Positions 25,965 to 35,758 of a stretch of DNA of 64,000 bases are shown in pieces (positions within the stretch are counted from its first letter, which is position 1; each line of letters begins with the position of its first letter). The DNA is taken from positions 32,001 through 96,000 of the IMG/VR virus record IMGVR_UViG_3300011977_000415; one strand, 5' to 3'. The position numbers and the translations under genes were made by a program. The notes below the pieces were generated by a model. The model was not told the DNA's origin. It saw nothing but the letters and a program-made list of their open reading frames with translations, and searched no databases. The DNA comes from a virus. Lineage: Duplodnaviria; Caudoviricetes.

Positions 25965-27923
25965 ATGAAACAAGTAATTTTGAAGTCCTTGACCCTTTGC
26001 AATTTCAAGGGTGAACAGGCAAGAACAACGAATTTCAATCCGGATGTTACCACCATTTCCGGCGGCAACGGATTGGGAAAATCACGCCATTTCGATGCGT
26101 TCATTTGGTTGCTATTTGGTAAGGATGCACGCGACCGAAAGGATTATGAAATCAAAACCCGCGTGAATGGTGAAGAATTGCACAAATGCGAGTGCAGCGT
26201 TACGGGCGTGGTTGATGTGGATGGTGAAACAATCACATTGAAGCGTTCATTCGTGGAAGATTGGGTGAAGCCACGCGGGCAAGTGGAACAAGTGTACAAG
26301 GGAAATCACACGGAATGTTGGTGGAATGATACCCCGGTGAACGTGTCGGAATACGACAAGCGCATCCAATCAATCGTTGATTCATCGGTTTTCAAGATGA
26401 TTACAAACCCGGCGTTTTTCGTGGGCATGAAATGGCAATTGCAGCGCGAACAGTTGTTCCAACTCGCGGGCGTTGTTACTGATGCCGAAATCGCGGCGGG
26501 CAACCCACAATTCGCCGTGTTGCTTGATGTCATTTCCGGCAAATCCCTTGCCGACCACAAAAAGGAATTGGCGGCACGAAAAAAGCGTTATACGGAAGAA
26601 TTGAAGCAGATTCAACCGCGTATTGACCAAACCCAAAAGATGAAGCCCGAACCGGAAGATTTCGCCGCCATTGAAGCGCAAATTGCGGACATTGACAAGC
26701 AGATTGCCGAAATTGATGCACAAATTGCCGATATAAACACCGCCATTCGCAAGCAATACGAAGCGGAACAGGTAAGGCAAAACCGCGTGAATAGTCTTAC
26801 CCAACAGGCACAACAAATCGTGTTCGATGCAAAATCATTGGCGCAAGAAGCGGCATTCACCGCCAATGCAAAACGCCGCGAACATGTGAATACCATCCAT
26901 GTGTTGCAAGGTGATTTGGATGCAAAGCGTGGTGAAGTACAAAAGGCACAATTGGACATCGCACGCATCAACCGCGACATCGAAAAGGCACGCGAAAAAC
27001 AATCCACGTTGCGCGATGAATGGTTTGCCGAAAACGGCAAGGAATACGCCGGGGAAACAACGTGTCCGCATTGCGGGCAAGCCTTGCCGGATGATATGAT
27101 TGCAAAAGCAAAGCAATTGTTTGACGATGCCAAGGTTGCCAAATGTGCCGAAATTACCAATAAGGGCAAGGAACTTGGCGCGATAATCGCCGGATATGAA
27201 AATGATGTTGCCGCCCGACAAGAAGCCATCAACATTGCCAAATCAAGCATCGAACAGTTGAACGCCGACATCAAGGCTTTGCAAACCGAACTTGACGCAA
27301 TGCCCGAAAAGGCGGCATCCACCATCAACCCCGAAGAAATCCCGGCATGGGTGGAATTGCAAAAGCAGATTGCCGACATCAAGGCGACCATTTCAACCGA
27401 CAACACGGGCGTTGATACAAGCGCATTGCAAACCGCCAAGGCTGACTTGAACAGGCAACGCAACGAATTGTCCACACGCCTTGCAAAGCGTGGCGCAATC
27501 AAGCGTTGCGATGATGAAATCACCAACCTTGAAGCACGTGGCAAAGAGTTGTCGCAAGCCATCGCCGACATTGAACGCGATGAATACACGGTTGAACAAT
27601 TCACCCGCGCCAAGATTGACGAATGCGAAAAGCGCATCAACGCCAAGTTCAAATTCGTAACATTCCGGTTGTTCGATTACACCTTAGATGGCAACCCGGT
27701 TGAAACGTGCATCCCGTTGTGTGATGGCGTGCCGTATGGCAGCGCGAACACCGCAAGCCAAGTGAATGCCGGATTGGACATCATCAACGCCTTATGTGGT
27801 TATTACGGCATTTGCGCGCCAATCTTCATTGACAACCGCGAATCGGTAAACAACATCATTCCCGTACAAAGTCAAATTATTAACCTTGTCGTAACCAACG
27901 ACAACAAATTGACCGTATCATGA
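25965..27923 (+). CDS. Rad50/SbcC-like AAA ATPase
   Basis: NFKG, GGNGLGKS, coiled coil with CPHCG hook, PIFIDNRES. Confidence 0.88.
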   Translation: MKQVILKSLTLCNFKGEQARTTNFNPDVTTISGGNGLGKSRHFDAFIWLLFGKDARDRKDYEIKTRVNGEELHKCECSVTGVVDVDGETITLKRSFVEDWVKPRGQVEQVYKGNHTECWWNDTPVNVSEYDKRIQSIVDSSVFKMITNPAFFVGMKWQLQREQLFQLAGVVTDAEIAAGNPQFAVLLDVISGKSLADHKKELAARKKRYTEELKQIQPRIDQTQKMKPEPEDFAAIEAQIADIDKQIAEIDAQIADINTAIRKQYEAEQVRQNRVNSLTQQAQQIVFDAKSLAQEAAFTANAKRREHVNTIHVLQGDLDAKRGEVQKAQLDIARINRDIEKAREKQSTLRDEWFAENGKEYAGETTCPHCGQALPDDMIAKAKQLFDDAKVAKCAEITNKGKELGAIIAGYENDVAARQEAINIAKSSIEQLNADIKALQTELDAMPEKAASTINPEEIPAWVELQKQIADIKATISTDNTGVDTSALQTAKADLNRQRNELSTRLAKRGAIKRCDDEITNLEARGKELSQAIADIERDEYTVEQFTRAKIDECEKRINAKFKFVTFRLFDYTLDGNPVETCIPLCDGVPYGSANTASQVNAGLDIINALCGYYGICAPIFIDNRESVNNIIPVQSQIINLVVTNDNKLTVS

Positions 27924-28588
27924 AAATATATTCAACAAAGGATTATTCGCGTTTTTCATTTCTTGATAACAATCGGATTGTAAAAAGTAGTCATGTTGAT
28001 ATGTTGAAAAAATCAATCAAGAACATTGACTTGACGAAGTATAATCCAATCAAGGTTGATGCTAATTTGCGTATCATAGATGGACAACATAGATTCCATG
28101 CGTGTATGGAATTGGGATTACCTATATATTATGTTGTACTAAATGGTGTTGATGCTGAGCAAGCAATGATAATTGACAACCAAAACAACAAGAAATGGGA
28201 AATGATGGATTGGTTGCGTTACAGGGCAAACAAGAATGGTGGTTGTTATAAACAGTTGCTTGATTTTATACAACAAACATGCACAACCATTAGTAACGCA
28301 ATGGTAATATTTCCGGCTAAGGCAATAAATGCGGCAACATTGAAAGCCGGGACAACCGATTTCGGCGTTAATGAAAAAGCCTTTGATATTGTACATTTCT
28401 TGCAATCACAAGAAGTTAAGACATTATCATTTAGAAACAAAGAGCATTTAATTTGGCGATTAGAATTGCATTTTGACGAATACTCAAAAAGGCAAATGGA
28501 CAAATTGAAACGAAAGATTCTTTTAGTTCCCGAATGTGCAAATTACAAACAATACCTTACCGTTTTTTCAAACATAATAAAAAAATGA
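27920..28588 (+). CDS. ParB/Srx-like domain protein
   Basis: PIKVD..LRIIDGQHR; AT-richer than flanking genes. Confidence 0.7.
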   Translation: MKIYSTKDYSRFSFLDNNRIVKSSHVDMLKKSIKNIDLTKYNPIKVDANLRIIDGQHRFHACMELGLPIYYVVLNGVDAEQAMIIDNQNNKKWEMMDWLRYRANKNGGCYKQLLDFIQQTCTTISNAMVIFPAKAINAATLKAGTTDFGVNEKAFDIVHFLQSQEVKTLSFRNKEHLIWRLELHFDEYSKRQMDKLKRKILLVPECANYKQYLTVFSNIIKK

Positions 28589-29553
28589 ACGAATTACAAA
28601 AAACCAATGGTGGCGCAATGATGCAGACCACCACCACAACAAGCCCGGCTTTCAATTTCTTTGACCCGGTGCAGTTTGACACCATGCAACGTGTGTGCAG
28701 TTTCTTTGCATCGTCCGACCTTGTGCCGGACAATTACAAGGCACAATTGAAGCCATTACCCGCCGGGGCTGATGAAAACACCATCGCCGCAATCAAGGCG
28801 GAAAACACCGCAATCAAAACAAAGGCGGTTGCTAATTGCATGATTGCAGTTGAAGTGGCATCGCGCATCGGCGCAAGCCCATTGATGGTGATGCAAAACA
28901 TGGCGGTGATTTATGGTCGCCCATCTTGGTCGTCCAAGTTCTTAATCGCCACCGTCAATTCGTGCGGTCGCTTTGAACCGCTTCAATTCCGGTTTATCGA
29001 CAAGGGCGCGTTGGGCATGGTGGATTACACGGATTACATATATAACCCGCAAACACGCCGAAAGGATGCCATAACAAAGCAATTCGATGGCAAGAAGATT
29101 CACGACATCGAATGTGTGGCATACACCACGAAGCGTGGTTCGGATGGCGTGTTGGAATCATCCCCGGTGTCGGTTCGCCTTGCCGTTCAAGAGGGTTGGT
29201 ACACCAAGAACGGAAGCAAGTGGCAAACAATGACAAAGCAAATGTTGATGTACCGCGCCGCGTCCATGTGGACGAACGCTTATGCCCCGGAACTTTCGAT
29301 GGGTATGCGTACCGTTGAGGAACAACAGGACATTTACACCGAATATGAGGATGTAACCGCCGAAGTTGCCGCCGAAAAGGAAAACAACGCAAACAAGAAG
29401 CGCATTTCCCTTGACATGGGCAACGGCAAAACACAAGTTGTGGACACGGAAACAGGCGAAATTCAGCCCGAAAAACCCGCGGCAAAGGAAACGCCCGACA
29501 ACGCGCCGAAAGCCCCGGAAAAGGCAAATAACACCCCAAATCCGGGATTCTAA
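28585..29553 (+). CDS. RecT-like ssDNA annealing protein
   Basis: Position between Rad50-like and MBL genes; SPLMVMQN, GRPSWSS, QMLMYRAAS. Confidence 0.65.
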   Translation: MNELQKTNGGAMMQTTTTTSPAFNFFDPVQFDTMQRVCSFFASSDLVPDNYKAQLKPLPAGADENTIAAIKAENTAIKTKAVANCMIAVEVASRIGASPLMVMQNMAVIYGRPSWSSKFLIATVNSCGRFEPLQFRFIDKGALGMVDYTDYIYNPQTRRKDAITKQFDGKKIHDIECVAYTTKRGSDGVLESSPVSVRLAVQEGWYTKNGSKWQTMTKQMLMYRAASMWTNAYAPELSMGMRTVEEQQDIYTEYEDVTAEVAAEKENNANKKRISLDMGNGKTQVVDTETGEIQPEKPAAKETPDNAPKAPEKANNTPNPGF

Positions 29554-29572
29554 CAATTAAACCGAAAGGCAA

Positions 29573-30313
29573 ATGGAATTGAAAGTATTGGGTTCAAGCA
29601 GCAAGGGCAATTGTTACTTGCTTGACAACGGCAATGAAGCATTGATGATTGAATGCGGCATCGCGTTCAAGAACGTGCAAAAGGCGGTGGATTTTGACAT
29701 CAACCGCATTGCCGGGTGCATCATTTCACACGAACATGGCGACCATGCAAAGCATGTGGGCAAATGCCTTGATGCGCGAATCCCGTGTTACATGTCCGCC
29801 GGGACACGAAACGCCCTTGGGTTGGCATCGCATCCGTTGGCACACGCGATGGATGAACAGGTGTTGAACGTTATCGGCAATTTCGGCGTGATGCCGTTTG
29901 CCACCCAACACGATGCCGCCGACCCGTTCGGGTTCTTAATCTATCACCCGGAATGTGGAATGACATTGTTTGCGACTGACACATATTATTTGGCATACAC
30001 ATTCGCCGGATTGAACAACGTCATGATTGAATGCAATTATCGTCTTGACATCCTGGAGGCAAACATTGAATCCGGAAAGTTGAACCCGGCATTGAGAAAC
30101 CGAACAATCAAGTCACACATGTCTTTCGACACATGCAAGGAAACGTTGCTTGCCAACGACTTGTCAAAGGTCAACAACATCGTTTTGATTCACCTTTCAT
30201 CCGGCAATGCCTATGCCGCCGCATTCCGTGACGGCATACAGAAAGCGACACATAAGAATGTTCATGTTGCCGAACCGGGGTTGGAAATTCTATTTAATAA
30301 AACACCATTCTAA
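29573..30313 (+). CDS. MBL-fold metallo-hydrolase (phage nuclease)
   Basis: LGSSSKGN, SHEHGDH, ATDT, IECNY, LIHLS. Confidence 0.9.
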   Translation: MELKVLGSSSKGNCYLLDNGNEALMIECGIAFKNVQKAVDFDINRIAGCIISHEHGDHAKHVGKCLDARIPCYMSAGTRNALGLASHPLAHAMDEQVLNVIGNFGVMPFATQHDAADPFGFLIYHPECGMTLFATDTYYLAYTFAGLNNVMIECNYRLDILEANIESGKLNPALRNRTIKSHMSFDTCKETLLANDLSKVNNIVLIHLSSGNAYAAAFRDGIQKATHKNVHVAEPGLEILFNKTPF

Positions 30314-30324
30314 AAAAGAAAAAA

Positions 30325-30858
30325 ATGAAAAAGATTGAAGTTTTCAAAAAAGAGAATCCGAACGAAGTCATTGCAGTATGCAACGACCTTTCGGAAGCAA
30401 GTGAAACCATCATCAACGAATGCCAGGATGATGACGATTTGACGGTGTTCGACTTTGACACCCGCGAAGTGGAAGAAAAAGAACCCGCCGAGATTTGCCC
30501 GGATTTTGCGTCATCATGCAAATACCTTGGCATATCCGATGAATTTGCCTTTGATTGCGCCGATGAACATGTCAAGGCAATGCAGTCACTTTACATGCTT
30601 GTTATCATCGCCCAGGCTTGGAACAAGATTGACAACTTCGTTCCGGACTATTCGAACCGCGACCAATGGAAATATTTTCCTTGGTTTATCTATGACAAAG
30701 GACATGCGGGGTTCGTTTTTGCGGGTACGTATAGTGCGCCATCGGCTACGCATGCGTCTTTCGGGTCGCGGCTTTGCTTTAAATCGTCAAATCGCGCTCG
30801 CCAATTCGGTGAAATGTTCACCGAATTATACAACGACTTTCTTTTGCTGAACAAATAA
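30325..30858 (+). CDS. Hypothetical protein with DGR variable-region-like C-type-lectin motif
   Basis: AGFVFAGTYSAPSATHASFGSRLCF. Confidence 0.7.
   Translation: MKKIEVFKKENPNEVIAVCNDLSEASETIINECQDDDDLTVFDFDTREVEEKEPAEICPDFASSCKYLGISDEFAFDCADEHVKAMQSLYMLVIIAQAWNKIDNFVPDYSNRDQWKYFPWFIYDKGHAGFVFAGTYSAPSATHASFGSRLCFKSSNRARQFGEMFTELYNDFLLLNK
30703..30780 (+). repeat. Candidate DGR variable repeat (VR)
   Basis: NNT codons alternate with GCG/ACG/TCG codons; ends GGGTCGCGGCTTTGC. Confidence 0.65.
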
Positions 30859-30869
30859 AATATTTCATC

Positions 30870-31319
30870 ATGGACAAAACACTTGGAAAGGACATCGCGA
30901 ATCTTGTCGCACGCGAAGCGTTCTTGAAAGACAATTGCGACAAAGTTGAAGAAAAGGGTTATATGAAGCCCTATTCGCCGGAAGAATTGCAAGGACACAA
31001 AGAGAAACTTGCCAATGTTTCGATTGAGATTGCCGAAATCGAAGCCGAAAAGAAACAAGTTGAAGCCGACTTCAAGGGACGTTTGAAACCCTTGAAAGAA
31101 GCCCGTGCAAACATGGTTTCCAACATCAAGGCAAAGGCGGAATACGTTACCGAACCATGTTATCGTTTTACCGACCGCGAAGAAAAACAAACGGGTTATT
31201 ACAACGCCAACGGCGATTTGGTGGAATTGCGCCCGGCAACCGCCGAAGAATTACAACCGACCCTTTTCATGACCCCGAATTTTATCAATAACCCCGCCAA
31301 GGATGGCACAAATGATTAA
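30870..31319 (+). CDS. Hypothetical phage protein (coiled coil)
   Basis: ORF in operon with phage codon usage. Confidence 0.75.
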   Translation: MDKTLGKDIANLVAREAFLKDNCDKVEEKGYMKPYSPEELQGHKEKLANVSIEIAEIEAEKKQVEADFKGRLKPLKEARANMVSNIKAKAEYVTEPCYRFTDREEKQTGYYNANGDLVELRPATAEELQPTLFMTPNFINNPAKDGTND

Positions 31320-31325
31320 AGCATT

Positions 31326-32054
31326 ATGAACAACGAAAAAATGATTTTCAACATTGCACCCGGAATGAACGAAGTTGTCATCCGCGAGGGTGCAGCACCC
31401 AAAGTTCTTGACCCCAAAGCCCCGGTCAAGATGAACGTGAACGGCACAATCAACGCCCCGTTTGAATACCTATCAAAGCGCATTGATTGCATCAAACAAA
31501 AGGAATGCCACATCATCGTGAACCGCGAAAAAATAACCATTCAACTTGTGGTGAACGAATCGGACGAATACACCCGTGGCACAATTGCCGGAACATTGCA
31601 GTATCATCCCAAGTTTGAAGAATTTGGCATCAATGCGGGCAAGGTATGGTCGCCGTTCGATTTCGCGATGTTTTGCAAGATGAACCGGGCGTTCTTTGCT
31701 GATAAAAACGCGAACATGAGCCTTGTTTCGGCGTGCAAGAATTTCACCGCAAAGGTGAATAACCAAATTGAACGTGCAATACAGGAAAACGGCAACCGCA
31801 CGGACAATTTCGCCCAAGTGGTCAATTCTAACTTGCCCGAACAATTCACCCTTTCCATTCCAATTTTCAAGGGTGGCAAAAAGGAAGATTTGGTTGTGGA
31901 AACATTTGCCAAGATTGACGGTCGCAATGTTGCGTTTGTCTTGTTGTCGCCGGGCGCGGAAGAAACGCTTGAAGATTTGCGCGACAAGGCAATTGATGAA
32001 CAGTTGAACGCAATCAAGGCAATTGCCCCGGATATTGCAATATTTGAAGTTTAA
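31326..32054 (+). CDS. Hypothetical phage protein
   Basis: ORF in operon; ends LPEQFTLSIPIFKG...IFEV. Confidence 0.75.
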   Translation: MNNEKMIFNIAPGMNEVVIREGAAPKVLDPKAPVKMNVNGTINAPFEYLSKRIDCIKQKECHIIVNREKITIQLVVNESDEYTRGTIAGTLQYHPKFEEFGINAGKVWSPFDFAMFCKMNRAFFADKNANMSLVSACKNFTAKVNNQIERAIQENGNRTDNFAQVVNSNLPEQFTLSIPIFKGGKKEDLVVETFAKIDGRNVAFVLLSPGAEETLEDLRDKAIDEQLNAIKAIAPDIAIFEV

Positions 32055-32107
32055 CCCCAAAGCCCGCCACCTTGCACGCGCCGGGTGGTGGGCATAACAT
32101 CGCAACA

Positions 32108-32881
32108 ATGGAAGATTTGAAAACAAGATTGGATGCCCTTGTACAACAATACAACGTGCCGCAATTCGTGGGCAATGACCCGGTACAATTTCCCCGGATG
32201 TTTACCGCATTCCGTGATATTGAAATTGCCGCGTTCCTTGCATCCACAATAGCATGGGGCAACCGGAAGCAGATATTGAAAGGATGCCACAAGATGTTAT
32301 TCGGCATCATGCACGGCAAACCATTTGAATATGTGATGAACGGCGAATGCGAATGCCTCAATCCGGACATCAACATCCACCGCACGTTCTTTGGGCGTGA
32401 TTTGCAATATATGTGCCGCGGCTTGAAATGGGTGTACACTATGCACGGAACAATGGAAGATGTGTTCGCGTGTGAACTTGACCCGTGGAACGGCATTTCG
32501 TTTTTCAATGCGCTTATGGCGGACGGAAACGATGGCAGCACCAACAAGCATTTGTCCGACCCCGGACGCAAGACCAAAAGCCACAAGGGAAAATCGGCGT
32601 GCAAACGTATGCACTTGATGTTGCGTTGGCTTGTTCGCAAGGATGGCAATGTTGATTTGGGTGTGTGGCGAAGAATCCCCGAAAATCGGCTTATGATACC
32701 CTTGGATGTCCATGTTGGGCGTGTCGCCCGTGAATTGGGCTTGTTAGAGCGCAAACAGGATGACCGGATGGCGGTTGAATTATTAACCGATAAATTACGC
32801 GAATATGACATCAACGACCCAATCCGTTACGATTTCGCATTGTTCGGGTATGGTGAACAACAAAAACATCAACGAGCATGA
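32108..32881 (+). CDS. TIGR02757/DUF2400 family protein
   Basis: DPVQFP, AWGNRKQI, SACKRMHLMLRWLVR, IPLDVHV, DPIRYDFALFG. Confidence 0.88.
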   Translation: MEDLKTRLDALVQQYNVPQFVGNDPVQFPRMFTAFRDIEIAAFLASTIAWGNRKQILKGCHKMLFGIMHGKPFEYVMNGECECLNPDINIHRTFFGRDLQYMCRGLKWVYTMHGTMEDVFACELDPWNGISFFNALMADGNDGSTNKHLSDPGRKTKSHKGKSACKRMHLMLRWLVRKDGNVDLGVWRRIPENRLMIPLDVHVGRVARELGLLERKQDDRMAVELLTDKLREYDINDPIRYDFALFGYGEQQKHQRA

Positions 32882-33618
32882 AAGAAACATTCTATTTCGC
32901 ACACGATTACAACGCGCGCAACGACCCAAAATTGCAAAACGTGTTGTTCGACCTTGGCGTTGAGGGAATCGGCGTATTTTGGTGTATTATTGAACAATTG
33001 TATGAACAGGGTGGCAAGTTGCCGTTGCATTACTGCAAAAGCATTGCATTTGCATTGCACGTGGATTTTTGCATGGTTGAACACCTTGTGAATGATTACG
33101 GATTATTCAAGAATGACGGGCAAAACATGTGGTCGGAATCGGTTTTGAACCGATTGAACCGCCGAACCGAAGTTTCCGAAAAACGCAAGTTGGCGGCGTT
33201 GGCAAGGTGGCGGCAAGGCATTGAAAATCAAAGTCAAACGCAAGCCCCGGCAAGTTGTAGGCAAGTTAGTGAAAATGCAAGTGTTATGCAAATGCAATGC
33301 AAAACCGATGCAAATGCAGAACATAAAGGAAAGGAAATAAAAGAAAAGGAAATAATAAAAGAAAGAGAGAAAGAAAAAACCGCACGGCGGTTTATCCCGC
33401 CCACGGTTGAAGAAGTCAAAGCGCGCATTGATGAAATGGGTTACACGTTCGATGCCGAAGCGTTCATTGCATTCTATCAATCAAACGGGTGGATGGTCGG
33501 AAAGTCCAAAATGAAAGATTGGCGGGCGGCAATGGTAACATGGCAGAAACGCGAACCACGATTCCCGCGCGGCGGCAAGTCAAGTTCAACATCTAAAAAG
33601 GCAAACGAAGAATGGTAA
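32878..33618 (+). CDS. Replication initiator (DUF4373/Lin1244-like)
   Basis: YFAHDYNARNDPKL, GIGVFWCIIEQL; C-term FIPPTVEEV..FYQSNGW.VGK.KMKDWRAA. Confidence 0.8.
   Translation: MKETFYFAHDYNARNDPKLQNVLFDLGVEGIGVFWCIIEQLYEQGGKLPLHYCKSIAFALHVDFCMVEHLVNDYGLFKNDGQNMWSESVLNRLNRRTEVSEKRKLAALARWRQGIENQSQTQAPASCRQVSENASVMQMQCKTDANAEHKGKEIKEKEIIKEREKEKTARRFIPPTVEEVKARIDEMGYTFDAEAFIAFYQSNGWMVGKSKMKDWRAAMVTWQKREPRFPRGGKSSSTSKKANEEW
33275..33380. other. Candidate phage origin: ATGCAA iterons followed by an A-rich tract inside the initiator gene
   Basis: atgcaa..atgcaaatgcaatgcaaa..atgcaaatgca then a purine/A-rich run. Confidence 0.5.
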
Positions 33619-34361
33619 ACGAAGAAAAGAAACCCCAAATGCCAACGGTGGAAGCGGTTTTGAATGCAATCCGGCAACGCGGAATGTTTTCGGGATTCCA
33701 ACGTTACGAATACACCAAGCCGGGATGGTACGACATCAACAATGCCTTGAAGATTGTTGAAGCCATCGGCAAATCACGAAACCCGGCATTCGTGATTGAT
33801 GATGAAAACCGTTTCACATACGAAAATTTCATCAAGTGGGCGCACGGCGACCGAACATTTCAAGCCCTTGACCCGGTAACACGAAAGGCAATTCCCGGAC
33901 GCATGAACCGCGGCATCTACATTGCCGGAAATACGGGAACGGGCAAAACGTGGTGCATGGAAATCATGCAAGCATACATCCAAGCAATCGGATTCCGGAT
34001 TTTGTGGCAAGATGACACCGAACCACGCCCGTTGTGGTGGCGTACAATCCGCGCCGATGGCTTGTGTGATGTGTGGACGGAAACCGGAAATGTAACGGCA
34101 TACAAAAACGCGCCGATGCTTTGCATCCAAGACCTTGGCAACGAACCACAAGAAGCGTTGTACATGGGCAACCGCCTTGACGTGGCACGTTACATCATCG
34201 AATATCGCGGCGATGCCCACGCCGAACTTACATTCATCACGTCCAATTTGCGCATGGGCGGCGACATCCTCAAAGAACGATATGGCGACCGCGTGGCAAG
34301 CAGATTGATGGAAATGTGCAATTATTTTGAAATCAAAGGCAAAGACCGCCGAAAAATTTGA
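33612..34361 (+). CDS. DnaC/IstB-like P-loop ATPase (helicase loader)
   Basis: GNTGTGKT, LCIQDLG.E, FITSN, YGDRVASRL.EM. Confidence 0.85.
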   Translation: MVNEEKKPQMPTVEAVLNAIRQRGMFSGFQRYEYTKPGWYDINNALKIVEAIGKSRNPAFVIDDENRFTYENFIKWAHGDRTFQALDPVTRKAIPGRMNRGIYIAGNTGTGKTWCMEIMQAYIQAIGFRILWQDDTEPRPLWWRTIRADGLCDVWTETGNVTAYKNAPMLCIQDLGNEPQEALYMGNRLDVARYIIEYRGDAHAELTFITSNLRMGGDILKERYGDRVASRLMEMCNYFEIKGKDRRKI

Positions 34362-34391
34362 TTGGTATTTACTAACTAACAAAACGATATT

Positions 34392-35168
34392 ATGAATGAA
34401 ATCATCCAATCAAGCGTGTACACCACGCAAAAGGGAACGCCCGTAACCGATTCGGTAAAGGTGGCGCGGGTGTTCGATAAGATGCACAAGAATGTTATGA
34501 AGTCAATTCGCAACATCTTGGGGTCGGCTCAAAATTTAGCCAACCAAAATTGGTTTTACGAAACCACATACACGGATGCCCAAGGCAAGCGGCAACCCAT
34601 GTTCTTGATGAACCGGGACGGTTTTTCATTGCTTACCATGTCATTGACCGGGGAAAAGGCAATGGCGTTCAAGGTGGCATTCATCGAACAGTTCAACCGG
34701 ATGGAACAGGCAATCAAGGATATTGCCCCGGCGACCCCGGCAATTCCGCAAACATTCGCGCAAGCGTTGCGCCTTGCAGCGGAACAGGCGGAAACAATCG
34801 AAGCGCAACAAAAGCAACTTGAAGAACAAGCCCCCAAGGTGGCATTCGCAACCGCCATCATCAATTCGCCATCATCGTGCGGCATTGATGAACTTGCAAA
34901 ATTGTTGAAGCAAAACGGCGTGGACATGGGCGAAATCCGGCTTTTTCAATGGTTGCGTGATAATGATTACTTGTGCAGCGTTGGCACGGCACGAAACCAA
35001 CCAACGCAAAAAGCCCTTGACATGGGGTTGTTTGAACTCAAACCGCAAACGTGGACGAATCCCTGGACGGATGAAGTGATGACAACCACCCGCACAATGG
35101 TAACGGGCAAGGGCAAACAATATTTCATCAATAAATTCATTTACCAACAGGAAAGGAAAAGCCAATGA
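34392..35168 (+). CDS. Rha-domain / KilAC antirepressor
   Basis: TDSVKVARVFDKMHKNV, MNRDGFSLL, PQTFAQALRLAA, VTGKGKQYF. Confidence 0.9.
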   Translation: MNEIIQSSVYTTQKGTPVTDSVKVARVFDKMHKNVMKSIRNILGSAQNLANQNWFYETTYTDAQGKRQPMFLMNRDGFSLLTMSLTGEKAMAFKVAFIEQFNRMEQAIKDIAPATPAIPQTFAQALRLAAEQAETIEAQQKQLEEQAPKVAFATAIINSPSSCGIDELAKLLKQNGVDMGEIRLFQWLRDNDYLCSVGTARNQPTQKALDMGLFELKPQTWTNPWTDEVMTTTRTMVTGKGKQYFINKFIYQQERKSQ

Positions 35169-35758
35169 GGATTTATGTTTCGGGCAAGATTTCGGGCTTG
35201 CCGTATGAAGATGTAAAAACCCGTTTCGATGATTGCCAAGCATTGCTTGAATCCATCGGGTTTGAAGTGATTAACCCCATCACGATGGGATTGCGTCAAG
35301 AAGCCACATGGGAACAACACATGGTCAAGGACATTGAATTGCTTTTGTCGTGTGATGCAATCTATATGATGGACAATTGGACGGAAAGCACCGGGGCGGG
35401 TATTGAATACGACATCGCCTTTCGGTTGGGCAAGGATATATGGTTTGAATCATCGTTTGCCCGCGACAACCGGAATGTGATGCGCATTCAAAACGCCATC
35501 CACGAAGTGATGGGATTGAAGTTTTCGGATTACATCGGCAAATCGCGCAAGCGTGATGGGTTTTATGCCCGGATGATATTCGTGCATCATTGCCGGGCGT
35601 TAAAAATGAAACTGACCAAAATTGCCCAATACGTCCACCGCGACCATTCATCAATGTTGCACATCTTGAAAAAGTACGGCGATGATATGCGGTTCAATCC
35701 GCAATTCCGTGATATAGCAACAAAAGTAAATGATATATTGAATAAAACAAACGAATAA
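35165..35758 (+). CDS. DUF4406 domain fused to a DnaA domain-IV-like HTH
   Basis: IYVSGKISG..NP..CDAIYM..W.ES.GA.IE; C-term KSRKR..ARMIF..RDHSSMLH. Confidence 0.75.
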   Translation: MRIYVSGKISGLPYEDVKTRFDDCQALLESIGFEVINPITMGLRQEATWEQHMVKDIELLLSCDAIYMMDNWTESTGAGIEYDIAFRLGKDIWFESSFARDNRNVMRIQNAIHEVMGLKFSDYIGKSRKRDGFYARMIFVHHCRALKMKLTKIAQYVHRDHSSMLHILKKYGDDMRFNPQFRDIATKVNDILNKTNE

